NCBI RefSeq assembly: GCF_009914755.1
Contig: NC_060939.1
Reading direction: 5' to 3' (one strand)
DNA from: the human T2T-CHM13v2.0 reference genome, Homo sapiens
DNA length: 64,000 bases
The notes beneath the pieces were generated by a model. That model made no database searches. It saw only the letters and a program-made list of their open reading frames with translations, and had not been told where the DNA came from. Position 1 is the first letter of the stretch. The number at the start of each line of letters is the position of its first letter. Shown piece by piece: positions 39,901 through 62,199 of the stretch. Made by a program: the position numbers and the translations under genes.

Positions 39901-42620
39901 TCCTTCTACTTGTGGGGCTTGTCTTCTCTTTTCTAGTTTCTTACCGAGTGAGCATAGATATAGACTTGAATCTTTTTCTCTTTCTTAAAATAAGCAGTAC
40001 TATAAATTTATTCTTAGCACTACCAGCATGTCATACATATTGATACATTGCATTTTTATTCAGTTCAGTGTATTTTTTTCCATTTCCTTGAGACTTTCTC
40101 TTTGACTCATGGATTATTTAGCAATTTGGCATTCAGTTTCCAAGTGTTTGGAGATTTTCTTGTCATCTTAATGCTATTCATGTCTAGTTTGATTCCATTG
40201 TGGGCAAATATCACACTTTGTGTGGTTTCACTTCTTTTAAATGTATTGAGGTTTTTCTTAGGCTCAGGATATGGTCTATCTTGGTATATGCTCCATGAGT
40301 ACTTGTTGGTAGACAGTTTCCTAAATGCCAATTAAGTCCTGTTGTTTGATGGTGTAAGTTCTTTTATATCCTTGCTGATTTTCTGTCTAGTTGCCCTGTC
40401 ATGAATTATTGAGAGAGGAGTGTTGAAACCTCCAAATATAGTTGTGAACTTGTCTATATCTTTTGAAAATTTCCATCAGTTCTGGGGTCATGTATTTTGA
40501 AGCTTTCTTGTTTGAGAAAGGATTTATGATTGCTGCATCTTCTTGGTAGACTGAGCTTTTATCATTATGTAAATTTATATCTATCTTTCATAATTTTCTT
40601 TTCTCTAAGATCTGCTTTATCTGATAATAATATAGTTACTCTTGTGTTTTTTGAGTAATGTTTGCAGGGTATGTGTGTCTGTGATATATATATATTATAT
40701 ATATATATTCTTCGTTTTTTCTTTCCTGCCTATGATGTACTTAACTTTTTTTTAGAATTTCTTTTTTAGAATTTTTAGAATCTTTTTTATTTATAGTGTT
40801 TTTGAGTATGTCTCTTTGTACACCTATTTCATGGTTGCTCTTGATATTACATTTTATGTATGTAACTTATTACGTTACTGACTACTGATATAAACATCTT
40901 ACTGGTTCAAGTAAAGTAGATAAATTTTCTCTTCCTTCTTTTATTGTTTTTTTCTCTCTTTCAAGAACTTCCTTGAGCCATACTTCTTGGGTGATTCTGC
41001 TGGTCACTATTTCTCTTAGTTTTTTCTTCATCTGAAAATGTCTTGACATTTCTTCATTATTCCTGAAAGATATTTTAACTGGATTTAGAATTTTGAGTGT
41101 ACAGTAAGTTATTTCAGCATTCGGAAACTGTCATACCACCTCCTGCTGGTCTCCGTGGTTACTGTTGAAAATTCTGCTGTCATTTAAATTTGTTGTTGTT
41201 GTTTAGTTTTGTTTTTCCCCCTTACGGATCATTTTTCTCTGGCTGCTTTCAAGATTTTCTCTTTGTGTTTAATTTTTAGATGTTTGATTATGATGATTCT
41301 TGGCATTAATTTTTTTGTATTTATCTGGTTTGGGTTTTACTCAGCTTCTTGAATCTGTAGATGTATATCTTTTGCTAAATTTGGAAAATTTTTAATAATT
41401 TCTTCAAACATTTTTCATTCTCATTTTCTTTCTCTTCTTTTTCTGAGACTCTCATGACACAAATATCAGATTTTGTTATGGCTTCACACCCCTGCAGGCT
41501 GTGTCGATTTTTTTTCTTTTTTTTGGTCTATTTTACCTTTGTTGCTCCGATTGCATAATTTCTATTCTGTCTTCAAGTCAGATTCTTTCCTTTGCTATCT
41601 CCACTCTACTATTGAGCCCAGCCTACATGTTGGTAATCCCAGTTACTGTATTTTTCAGTTCTAAATTTTCATTTAGTTTTTCTTTATATCTTCTATTTAT
41701 TTGTTGAGACTTTCTATTTTTTCACTGGTTTCAAACATGTTCTTAATTGCCTACCAAAGCATTATTATGATTGAGGTTTTAAAATCCAGAGAATTCCAAC
41801 TTTCTGAATTATCTGTTTTGGCATCTGCTAATTTTCTCTTCTCATTAAAGTTGAGGTTTTTTTCTTGATTTTGGTATTACAGGTGATTTTTAAAATTATA
41901 TCCTGGACATTTTGGGTATTATTGTTTGAGACTCCAAGTCTTATTTCAGTGTTCCTTTTCACTAGACCTCCTCTGACACTGTGCTAGCAGAGGAGGGAGG
42001 ACACCACCCCTGCTGTCGTGTGGTTCAGGCCCCCCACTCAGCCTCTGTTGACACCTGGGAGGGATGGGGACCTTGGTACTGCTAGGTGGGAGTGGAAGTC
42101 CAGGCTCCCCAAGTGTTCTCCACTGAAACAGCAGGAGGCGGCTGGGTCAAGATGAGGTCACTGCTTGGCCTTCTCTGACATCACCTCTTGCAAGTATGGG
42201 GAGGAGTGTCTCCCTTTTGCCTGGGGATGTTTGAATCTAGAGTGCTCCCTGGGCCTTTGCTGATGAGGCTGCTGGTGGAGTCCAGCTTTTTCCTTTGGTG
42301 TTTCCCTGGGGCAGCGCTCTTGGCTAGACACGGTCCAGCTGTCAGGCTGCTTCTCTCCTGACCATTTGGCGAGAGAGGGCAAGCTTTCCTCAGGACTTCT
42401 TTGGTCTGTACCTGTTGGGGTTTTTTTGGTGCATTCTTCTCCAGAACCCAGTTTGGAATAGGTAAGATAAATAGTAAACCTAGGGATGTCAGCACCATGC
42501 CGTTCTGCCTGTCACAAAGGTGTGATCCCTTCTGCCTTCTTCTCTGAACTGTTGACAGCCTTCTTATGTTTATTTATGGATTATGTGAAGACTTCTTAGT
42601 CATATTTAGCAAGAGTAATA
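36950..42620 (-). mobile_element. Long, degraded L1MC/L1MD-type element (3'UTR, ORF2 with deletions, ORF1, 5'UTR)
   Basis: Colinear antisense L1 motifs; ORF 40107-40331 (SETTQSVIFAHNGIKLDMN...NTWKLNAKLLNNP) matches the L1 endonuclease C-terminus. Confidence 0.8.
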
Positions 42621-42624
42621 ATGA

Positions 42625-42920
42625 TTACTCAGGTCAGCCTGTCATAACAAAATACCATAGACTGGGAGGCTTTAAATAATAGAAATTTATTTTCACACAA
42701 TTCTGGGAGCTGAGAAGTTCAAGATCAAGGGTCTGGATTTGGTTCCCTGAAGAGAACTCTCTCTGGTTTATGGCTTCCTTCTCATTGTGTCCTTACATGG
42801 CAGAGAGAAAGAGAGAGGGAGTGGGAGAGGGAGAGAGAGGGGCACGTGCTGGCTTCCCTCTTCCTATAAGGCCACCAGTCCTATCAGAATAGGGCTCTAC
42901 CCCTGTGACCTGATTTAACC
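42625..42920 (-). mobile_element. MLT1A-type LTR, partial
   Basis: CATAACAAAATACCATAGACTGGG...GAAGTTCAAGATCAAGG. Confidence 0.75.
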
Positions 42921-44173
42921 CTGGTCAGCTCTTGCTTATCGTTTTTAGCCGTATTACCTCCTTATCGTTTTTCTTGTATTTATGCTGTCATAGCAAGTGG
43001 CATTTTTCTGAAAGCATATGCTTAGTTTATTTAGACTTTATATTTATTCAGATTAAGGTTGGTCAATTTCTTCACTCAATCTGAAGGAAAAGCTCTTTAA
43101 AAAATCAGCCTGATCATTTTTCAATGAACCTCTGGTGTGGACTTTGGGCATCCGATTGTGTAGGAGGCTCTCAAGGCTGGCTGTTTGCCCAGTCAGCATT
43201 GTCACTGGGGGACGAGCTGGCAGGGTGCAATGTTGTTCCCTTCACCTTTGTGTCTCCAAGTGACCCTTTCCTCATAGGGATGAATTTCCACCCATGATGA
43301 ATAGTCCTTGTGTGCATAGTAATCCCAGTGTCAGAACATCTTCTCCTTCCACTGCTGGGGATAATTAGCTTCCTTTTTCTTTTGTTTCATACATCTGGAG
43401 CCAGAAAAGGCATAACAGGTCACATAGTTTAGAAATGGACATACTTTTTAAAAAATTTCATGAGCTCCTTCACGTCCATTTATCTAGGCTACGTAAAACT
43501 GTTAGAAGGAATGCCCAGGCTACAAGCTATAAGCAGGCAGGAGGGTGGGGCCCGTGGAGCCCAGCTCTCTCCCACACGAGGCCCTGGGAGTTCAGTCAAC
43601 CATCCTGGGTCGCAAAAGTCATTACCCAAGAAGGCGGGAGTAAAACTCGTGCTTCTGCCCTCTTGCCCTGTACGAGGTGGGTTGGAACTGAGAAGGCCAG
43701 GACCTTCAAAATGCTGCATTCTCCCTGAGAAGTTGGAATTGAAAAAAATAAAATCTACCATCCAGTGCAAGACGATGAAAAAGAAGCATGACTGTTTTAG
43801 GCTGTGCTCAGTCAGGGCTCAGAGTCTTCCATGGGAATTCACAACAGATGAGGGAAGGGGTGCCTCCTGGTGCTGGTTTGATATGTCCAGCAGAACCCAG
43901 GAAATTCCAGCACCAATTGTAGTGGCATGCAAAGTGGTCTGATCTGTGAGGCTCTGGGCACCTGGCAGAATGGAGTGCAGGGCACCTGGAGAGAAGTCCC
44001 CCTCCGGCCAGGTCCACAGGATCTCCATAGACACGGTAGCAACACAGGTTGGGGATTCATTCCAGTATGTCCAGTCAGCAAGGTTCATGTGCCATGAACA
44101 TGCTCTGCAGATGGTGATTGGGGTTTGAGACATGGGTTTTCTGCAGCCTGACAAATATTCCATGCTCTGATAA

Positions 44174-44607
<434 letters not shown>

Positions 44608-46249
44608 TGCATCTATATTTTTAAGCTCTTGTGCCATTTAGCCTTCATTAATTTTTTTAAGAAAACATTACAGATGAAAACTGTATGAGGAATGAAACAC
44701 TATAAGAAATAATATGGAAACTCAATTTTTAAAAATCAGCTAAAAATGAACTTCAAATTAAAACACATACAGAAACATCTCACTTTGAGCAAGCATTCAC
44801 AAACATAGCAAAAGGCAGGTTTGGACTCTTAAACACTTAAGACAATAGAAACTGACAAATGATTTGAAAATAATTACACTCAAGTAAGAATTAAAAACAC
44901 AAATGAGAGAAACCCTTTAAAAAGCAACTTTGAAAAGAATCAAGTAAAATTAAGAGAGATGAGAAATAATATAGCCATCAAAATTAAAGACAGTGGAGGC
45001 ATAGAATGTCAGATGAGACACAGTTGAAGGAGCAGAGGCAGTTTCCTGCGTGAATCATAGAAAGCTAAATAGATGGAAAGTAGGAAAGAATGATTTACGG
45101 TCGTGCAATAATATCCAACACTTCTGTAGTGCTTCTGTGCACCAGGTCCTGTTTCAAATGCTTTACATATATTAACAACCTTCTGAGGAAAGCGCTGTGA
45201 TTATTTTCAGATATGACAGCTGGAGCACACTGTGGCCAAGGTCATGCAGAAAGCAGGTCTGGAAGCCTGCACCCCCCAGGAGAGGCTGTGCCTGACAAGG
45301 AGGGCTGCTTCCTCTCATGCCGGGGATAGGTGCTCCCATACACACTGGCTAGAATAGTAGAAGGCAATAATAAATTGCATGTGGGAGAAATATTAAAAGA
45401 TTATTTTCAGAAAACAGGTAAAGTTATGGCTCACATACAGATATAAAAATGAGCATGTTGAAGAATCTATTTGACTCATATCACATGAGGAAACAAAGCA
45501 GATGTTCTCAGTTCAATGGGAAAGTCAAACTAGTACAAATTTATATAGAGTAAAGGAATTTCGAGATGAATTCTAAATGGACACAGAACTTGTTTATCTA
45601 AAGGGGCAGGAAGTCAAGGCACTACCAATTAAATCACTACTGGGCGACTGAGAACTTCCGCATCTATCAGCTGCTTACGGTCCGCGCACAGTGGCAAAGC
45701 AGCTCAGACAGTGAACAGGGCGAGACTTGCTAAGTGAGATCTATGTGCTGTAGGGGACACATCGTTTTCCATTGAAATACAATGATTTTTTTCAACAGAA
45801 GCCATGTCCCAAAAGAACAGCTGAGGATGTAATAATATTGATGAAAAACATACATCCTCAGCTTCAGGAGATAAAAGTCTGAGGAAAGATATGTGATAGG
45901 AAATGAGCCCAAGACATATTGTGCAAAAAAGCTGCAGGAATGTCCAAAGCCAAAAAAAGATCCTAGAAGCGATGAGAGAAAAATAGATAGCTTGCTAACA
46001 AAGAGATGGCAATTAGACTGACTGCAGACCTTTTAAAGGCAACAGTAGAAGCCAGAAAAATAAACGAAAATAACGTCTTTTAAGTATGAAAGGAAATAAT
46101 TGTCAACCTAGAGTTTTATCCTGAGCTAAACCATTCTTTACCTGATGGGCAAAATCAAGACATTCTCGGGAAAACATATACTAAAGGAGTTTACCGTGCA
46201 GGGGCTGTGCTACTATTTTAAAAAACTACCAGAAGACGTTTAGGAACTA

Positions 46250-46664
<415 letters not shown>

Positions 46665-46900
46665 GATGGAATTAAAATACTGGAAAATATAGCATGAAAT
46701 AGTAACTTGGACAGTGCTTGGAGGTAAAACCCTCAGGTGTACTTATATGACTCTGGAAGGCCATGGAGACGTCAGCTTTAAGTGAAATATACAAGGTTAA
46801 AGTGTGAGAATAACCACCAGACCAGACACATTAAGAATACTATATTTAACTTCCAAACAAGTAGGGGTCGAATGGGGAAGGGATGAAGAAAACAGGAGAA

Positions 46901-47262
<362 letters not shown>

Positions 47263-48508
47263 TTAGATGGTAGAAATGAAAACAAATATTACAGTAGACA
47301 AGATAAAAGTAAATGGGATGGCCAGCTGGTTAAAACACAGATCTCCCCAATATATCTCTATGCATTTAAATCGAACGATAGACTGTTTAGATGAAACTAA
47401 ACCATATATACGTAAAGGATGAACGCAAAAAAGGAAAAACAAAAACAGGAACAAAAATAAAATGTGAGTGGCTATGTTTACAACACCCCCCCCCACACAA
47501 ACACAGTAAGAAAAACAAGTATAATTAAGGTTAAATAAGGTCAGGTGATAGTGATTTTTTAAAACTAAGGATATATAACAAATCTTACATGTATATATCT
47601 AATAAAATTGCTTTGAAGAAAAATTGGTAGAATTTAAAGTTTACTGGATAAGTCCACAATTACAGTAGAAGATTTTAATGTACCTCTTTTAGTAATTGAT
47701 AGTGTAACAAGGGGAAAAAAAATGTAAGTATGTAGGAGTTTTGAACAACACAGTTAACAAGTCTTACCCAATATATAGATATAGATACAGATATAGAAAA
47801 AATGCATCCTCATTCCACTAGAAAATAAATATATGGAAAACTGGATATCTAAATGTGAATAAAAACATTTAGCATGTGTGGTGTGAGTTTGTGTGTGTAC
47901 GTGTGTGTGCACACATGCACTCACATATGTATAGGAATGCAGGCAGACATACATAGCCTTTAAATGCTTATGTTAGAAAAGATACTTGTCTAAGCATCTT
48001 TACCATATGATCCAACAATTGTCCTCCTCAGTATTTACCCAAAGGAGCTGAAAACCTGTGTTCACACAGAAACCTACACACATATGTTGATAGCAGCATA
48101 GACATCTTTTTTAGGAAACCCTAAAGGCTTTTAATATCTTTTTTGGGAAAATGTGTGAGATAATTACCAAACTCAAGAAGTTATAAAATATAACATTAAC
48201 TCCAATGAAAAAAAGAAGGAGGAATAAAGATAAACCTAGAAATGTATTAAATAAGAAAACTAAAATAGAGATCAACGAAGGACAAATTGGTTTTAAAAAA
48301 GAACTAATAAAATCAACATACCTCAGGAAATAATTACCAAGAAAACAAAGAAGGCAGAAACAAACATTTACTGGATATAAAAGGGGTTTTCAACTACAGA
48401 AAAATACTTAAAAATAGAATATTGTGACACAATTTTATGCCAAAATTTTGGAAACTTAGATAGATTTAATATTTTCTAGAAAAATAGACCAAAAAGGGAA
48501 TAGACTAG

Positions 48509-49985
<1,477 letters not shown>

Positions 49986-50081
49986 TCAGTATATTTTTAA
50001 AAAAGAAATTCAAAAAGGTAGGTTTACAGGCAAGTTCCACCCAGCATAAAATATCATTATGAACATAAATGTATAAGCCTT

Positions 50082-56212
<6,131 letters not shown>

Positions 56213-57334
56213 ATGTATAAGTCTTAACTAAAATATCAGCATAACAAAGTCTAGCAATAAGTTAAAAATAAATCCTAACAAGTTTAGGCTTCTATTAGGA
56301 ATGCACAGTTTGTTTAACTTTCAAAAAAGTCCATTAATATAATTCATTCTATTAAAAGATTGAGGCAGAAAAAAATAAATGATCATTCTGGTAGCTGGAG
56401 AAAAATCAGTTGATGTTATTTAAAACCCATTTGTAATTGGAAGAAGTTTCACCTAACCTGACATAGGGGTCTCACTTAATGCTGAAACATTAGAAGTTTC
56501 TAAACGTAGAATAAAATAAGAATATCAGTGTCATCACTTTTTAAAAATATCTTAGTGACTATATGAATTTCAGTAGTAATACAAGTAAAATAATAAAATG
56601 TTTATGAATAAGGAATAAACCTGTTATCATCTTTATAGGCCATATCTGTTTTTTACATAGAAAATCCCTAGAGACTGTCTAGAAAAAATATATCTGATAC
56701 AAAACAAGATCTATCGAAGTATCAAATGTGTTTCTATATTCTTACAACAGACAGTTAGAAAATGTAATTTCACAAATTTTATTTTCAATATCTGCAGGTG
56801 TTGAGTACCAAAAAATAAATTTAAGAAAGAACAACATAAATGTTGAGTTGTATCACGTTTATGCCTGGGAAAACTCAATACCAGATGCCAAATTTTTCCA
56901 AAATAAATTGAGTGTGATTAATGTGATTCCAACTAAATTTAATGTGATTCCAACTAAAGTCTTAACAGGGACTTCATGAGACTGTACAAGTAAATTTAAA
57001 ATTTACAATGATGAGCAAAGGATCAGTAATGAGCAAGAATAGTAAAACAAGACAATTTTAAAGAAAAAGAACCAAGTTGGGGGACTTTCTGTGCCAAATG
57101 CAACACTTTCATAATGCTGTAAGGATTAAGATGATGTTTTGCTGGGTCAGGGATAGACATGTAACACAAGGAACAAAAATAGGGAGTCCAGAAACTGGAT
57201 ATCTGCTGTGTTAATCTTCTCCCATGTTACTTACAGCTTTGCTGTAATCCGTCCTATGCCATATCCAGTTGTTATAATATCCCATGTTACATTCAATTTA
57301 ATATGCCAACTAGTGGCTAAAGAAAAGATTTCTG

Positions 57335-57560
57335 AGTGGGAGCTAAACACTGGGTACTCATGGACATAAAGATGGCAACAACAGACACTGGAGACTACTG
57401 TAGGGGGAAAGGAGAAGGGGGCCAGGATTGAAAAACTACTGGATACTCTGCTCACTGCCTGGGTGATGGAATCAATTATACCCTAAACTTCTGCATCGCA
57501 TGCGATATACCCATGTGACAAACATGCACATGTATGTCCTGAATCTAAAATAAAAATCAA
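57335..57560 (+). mobile_element. L1PA15/16-type 3' end
   Basis: GGGAGCTAAACACTGGGTACTCATGGACATAAAGATGGCAAC...CTGAATCTAAAATAAAA. Confidence 0.75.
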
Positions 57561-57569
57561 AATATGAAC

Positions 57570-57740
57570 AGATAGCACGTGCCTGCAGTCCTAGCTGCCA
57601 GGAGGCTGAGGAAGGCGGATGGCTTGAGCCCAAGAGTTTGAGGCTCCAGTGAGCCACGATCGCACCACTGCACTCCAGCCTGGGTGACAAAGCATGACCC
57701 TGTCTCAAAATAAATAAATAAACAAATAATATAAATAAGT
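57570..57740 (+). mobile_element. AluJ right monomer / FRAM
   Basis: GGATGGCTTGAGCCCAAGAGTTTGAGGCT; (TAAA)n tail. Confidence 0.8.
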
Positions 57741-60204
57741 AAATATTTTCTTTTTTTAAAAAAAGGAAATATTCTTGAATGCATTTTTCTGGAAGCCTCC
57801 TCCTGGTACCTCAGAATTCTGCTTCCTGGAATCTCTGGCAGGTAGAAATGACCATAAAAGTTTGATTCTACTCAAGACTTTTTTGGTCATGGACTATGAC
57901 AAGCCACATTGCTGATTGCAGACCCTCAACATTTTAGAATAAAATATAGAACTAAAAAGATTTATGACAGGGTGTGTCTCTCCCTCTGTCTTCTGTTCAG
58001 AAAATTTACCCATTCTCAACAGCCTTGCTTTCCCTCTGCAATCTGGGCATTGCTTCCGTCAGTGGTGTCTTCACATGGAATTGGGGAATTGGCAGCTTTT
58101 TTTCCCCTTTCTTCAGAGATTTAAAGTAAATGACACCTTAGATCAGATAGATGAGCATCATCCTTCCTCCTCCCTTCCTTTTTGGATAGATTTCATCTTC
58201 ATCTCTCTTGCCCTTCTCTCTCTCAGTCTTTCAAGGTTGCTGAGAGCTCAGAGGGAATGGGATTGATTTCACATGAGACCTTACTATTTAGGGTCATCCT
58301 GAACCCATGCGAAGCATTTTCTTTGCAGCAGGACAGAGTGCCTGGATTTCTTCTTCTTATTGTTATTTTATTATTATTCATCTTTACCTGAATGCAGAGG
58401 CTCATTCTGGTGAACACGTGCCCTATTGGGAGTTGGTCTTGCTGGACTTCTTTGATGGCTGGACCCCTGGCTTTTTCTCTCAAGGTTATAAGAGCCGGGC
58501 TTCTGGGTCAGATGATGCTTTCTCTGTGGAGGCACAATCACTCTCTTCTTTTCTGGCTCAGTGTTGAGGCCTCCCGTGCTCAGCCGTAGAGGTCAATGCT
58601 ACAGAGCTGACTGAGGCAGGAGGCAAGGCTGAGCCTAGGATCAGAGGGCTCTTGTTCCAGGGCCAGCAGCTCTGCAGGAATGAGACCAGGCACCATTGTG
58701 TGAGGATCCTAGGGGATGTGGAGGAAGGAAAGGTGTGATCTCAGACCCACCCACAGGGTCCACCTGTGCCCCATGGGCTCCCCCTGCCTATACTGCCATT
58801 GACGTCTGAAAGCACAGCTTGTAATCCCATAAGGATTGGGCTTCTGAATCCTGCCTGGGGGGCCAAGCAGTGGTTTGCTCCCAAGCGCTCTTTCAGCCTC
58901 ACTGCTTAGGGCAACATGGTGTAAGCAAACACCATGATCCAGGCAAGCCAGACCTTCCTGGAGCCTCCTTCGTTCTGGCTTATCTCCAAGTGTGTGATCC
59001 CACCATGCCCTCCGCCAGGGGCCTGTCCACATCCGTTTCCGTCTTTGGGAGCTCTGGCTATCCTTTAAAGCCTATGCAGACACCTCTCCTCCTCCTACCC
59101 CCGCTAAGGACACGTAGCTTGCGTCCTACATGTTTGAGTTACATTTGCCCCAGTCACCCCCTCCGTGGTGAGGGTAGGGCTCAGAGCTCTCCTCACTCCA
59201 AGAGTGAGCCCCAGTCATTGCTGGCTGGGGGAGGACAAAGGCAGCCAGATAAAGGCAGCTCCTGCAAGGACGGAGAGGCCACAGGCCGGCATCTTCACAA
59301 ACTGTGGATGTACTGTGTCTTCCAGTAGTCAAAATAAAGAATATATTTGGCCATTTTCAGACTATTTAATACAGAACAGTTTACACACAGAAGAGGAGTG
59401 AGGAGGAGAATGAATCCCTGCAGCCCTACCCCTGTTTCCACGGTTATGGGTGTTTGCCAGCACAGGGCTGCCCAGCACTGGTGATGGGGTCACTGTTGGC
59501 TGGCATCTGTCGGGCATCCCCGGGGAAGCTGCGCCGGTGCTGTGGCCACTGAGGTCCTCATAGGGGTTCTGGCCACTCACATTTCTGAGGTTCTTCATTT
59601 CCCACCTCAGATCACTGTTTTCAAACTCAGTTTTCAGCAACAGGGCCTTTCTTCAAACTCATCTTATCTCCACCCCTAATGCTCAAAACAGATAAAGTAG
59701 TATTAGCACAAATCCATTACAAGAGTTTACTTTTATACTATGTACTTATAAAATCAATTTGCCTATGGGAAAGAAGCGTAAAACTACCATCATGGGTATT
59801 AAGATTTGGATTTTGATAACATTTATGTGTTACAATTTCATGTAGCTCAATATTCTGTTTGGATGAAAAACATTCAGAAATCACTGAGTCACAAATCACT
59901 GAGTCACAGGTAAGCTGTTGCTAATAGCAACAGTTTTTTTATCTTGTTTTTACCTGTTTGCCTTGTGATCTCAAGAGTCTCTTCAATTAAATTGATCCAA
60001 ATGCTTGAAAGAAAGGCTTGTAGGAACTTTTTTTTTTTCAGAGTTGAATCACTGATCTAACAGATGCTCAGTCTTGATTATAAATATGAAAATCAGACAG
60101 GAAGAAACCCAAGCTTAAAATAAGCAAAACTTTGTTCCCCATAACATGCATCAAACCACACTATTCTTAATTTTTAATTTATTTTTATTTCAAAAATATT
60201 TATG

Positions 60205-60511
60205 TTTTTATTTTATTTTATTAGAGACAGGGTCTTGCTCTGTCTCCTAGGCTGGAGGACAGTGGTGCAAACATAGCTCACTGCAGCCTCAAACTCCTGG
60301 GCTCAACTAATCCTCCTGCCTCAGCCTCCTGAGTAGCTGGAAACATAAGCTTATGTCACTGCACTGATTAATTTTGTCAGTGTTTTGTTTTTGTAGAGAT
60401 GGGGTCTTGCTTTGTTGCCCAGTCTGGTCTCAAACTTCTGGCTTCAAATGATCCTCCCCTCTGGGCCTCCCAAAGTGCTAATATTATAGGTGTGGGCCAC
60501 TGTGCCCAGAC
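60205..60511 (-). mobile_element. AluJ
   Basis: ATAGCTCACTGCAGCCTCAAACTCCTGGGCTCAA (J diagnostics). Confidence 0.88.
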
Positions 60512-62199
60512 TATAGACCATGCTTTCTATGTTGCTGCTACTGAGGGTGATTGATGGGGGAATGCATCCCACGTCTGGTGCGGGTTAGATGCCATGTAAT
60601 TGGAGGGACAGACTTTAATTTTTTAAAAGCAATGCAAAGCTGAAATCTCATTTGGTGACTCCTTTATAAGAGATTCAAATGCGTGCAAATTCATGGCCAG
60701 AGAGGCTTTAGTTTAACTTCCATGCAAAAAGGAGTTAAACAGGACACATAAATTAACACAACGGTAGTCTCTAAGAGTTAAAATTTTGTTAATAGTCATT
60801 TGAGTGTGTGACTTTTATTACCATTTTCAAATTCAAAGGAACTAAAATATTGGAGGTAAATATTTCCAGAAACCTTGAGGCGCCTCCATAGGGTCTCAGG
60901 GCTCCAGAGAACCTAGCTTGAAGATCATGATACTATCCAGAGTGAGCTTGTGCAGGTCCACATTTTCAGCTATTTTGTGCCCAATCACCATTTATAATGT
61001 GACTCATTAACAGTCAGATACAGACTACGGTCAAGCAAAGAATATTTACATCTTGATCCTACCTCCTCCTCTCTCTTTCCCTATGTGTTTTTGGAAGTAA
61101 GGGGGGGGGATGTGTCCTTTCATGACAACTTGGCTCTCGCCTTCTCTCCCTCTCTCCTTTCTCTCAGTCTCCCCCTTTTTCCCCCTTATCCCCCTTTCTT
61201 CCTTCCCTTAAACTTCATCACGTTTTTGCTTGTTTCATATTCAAATCACGGCTTTCTCATACAATTACTACTTTTTTCCTAGAGTTTCTGGTTGCCTTTT
61301 CTTATTATAAGAATGTTTAAAACTGTGTCCTTAATCAAGTCCATGATGTTTTTCAGCTCATTATATCTCCTCTTTCTTGCTCTGAACCCATTTGGTTCTG
61401 TCCTCAGTACTTTAACGTCTTGCTGGGATTTGGACCCACCTTTTTCTAGGCCTCCTGCTCAAGTCATCCTCTAAATCTCTTTTATCGATCTCCAGGTTTA
61501 ATCTAAAAGTGTATTCTTTCTCAGGTTTCACTCTCATTGTTCCAAAGCTGACCAAGGAAATATATGTTGGGAACAAGCTCTTCAAGGCTTTAATGTTCTT
61601 GAAAACCCCTTTTTTTTTGCCTTCATGCTTGGGTGGTTTTTCTGCTGTGAGAAGTGTCTTCGTGTTATTTCTTAATTTTTTCCCTCCCACTCTCCCTGAT
61701 GGAGCTTCTGTGAGTGAGGCGAGTTCCCCCAGCCTTGTCCTCTACGCTGTCTTCTTTCTGTGTTACGTTTGATCTCTGTGATTTCTATCAGCCAAACCTC
61801 CCACCTACTCATAAAAAGTTATTTCATAAATCATACCTTTAATTTCCATTTTTCTCTCTTTTTTCTAATTGCTATATCCTCTTGAATGTTGTGAGGACAT
61901 TACTTTTTTAAGAAGTGATTTTTCCTTCTTTTCATTGACTCATTCTTTTTGGATCTTTTTTGGTGTGTATCCTCCACTGTGTGTCGCATGCTGAAGACTG
62001 TCCTCCGGTATCTGTGATTCTAAGTTTCCCCTTGAGAAATCTCAGACATGGGAGAGGCTGCCTGAGGCTCTGTAGTCATGGGCAGCTCCTGCAGGGGCCA
62101 TAGTGGCCAAAATGAGGGGAGCTTTACTCTGGGGTGCTGGTACTTTGATTGGCTGCCTGTGTTTTTTTGAGGTGGTTTATTTTTCTTTACCAGTAGGGC

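Noticed and set aside
45350-45800. Possible endogenous bornavirus or filovirus nucleoprotein fragment (LPHLSAAY, KQLRQ)
   Set aside because: Motif spacing does not match the viral proteins as I recall them, and the first part fits L1 ORF1 better; kept only as an unassigned segment.
56919-56958. Tandem duplication TAATGTGATTCCAACTAAA x2
   Set aside because: Ordinary slippage duplication in an old L1, with no functional motif evident.
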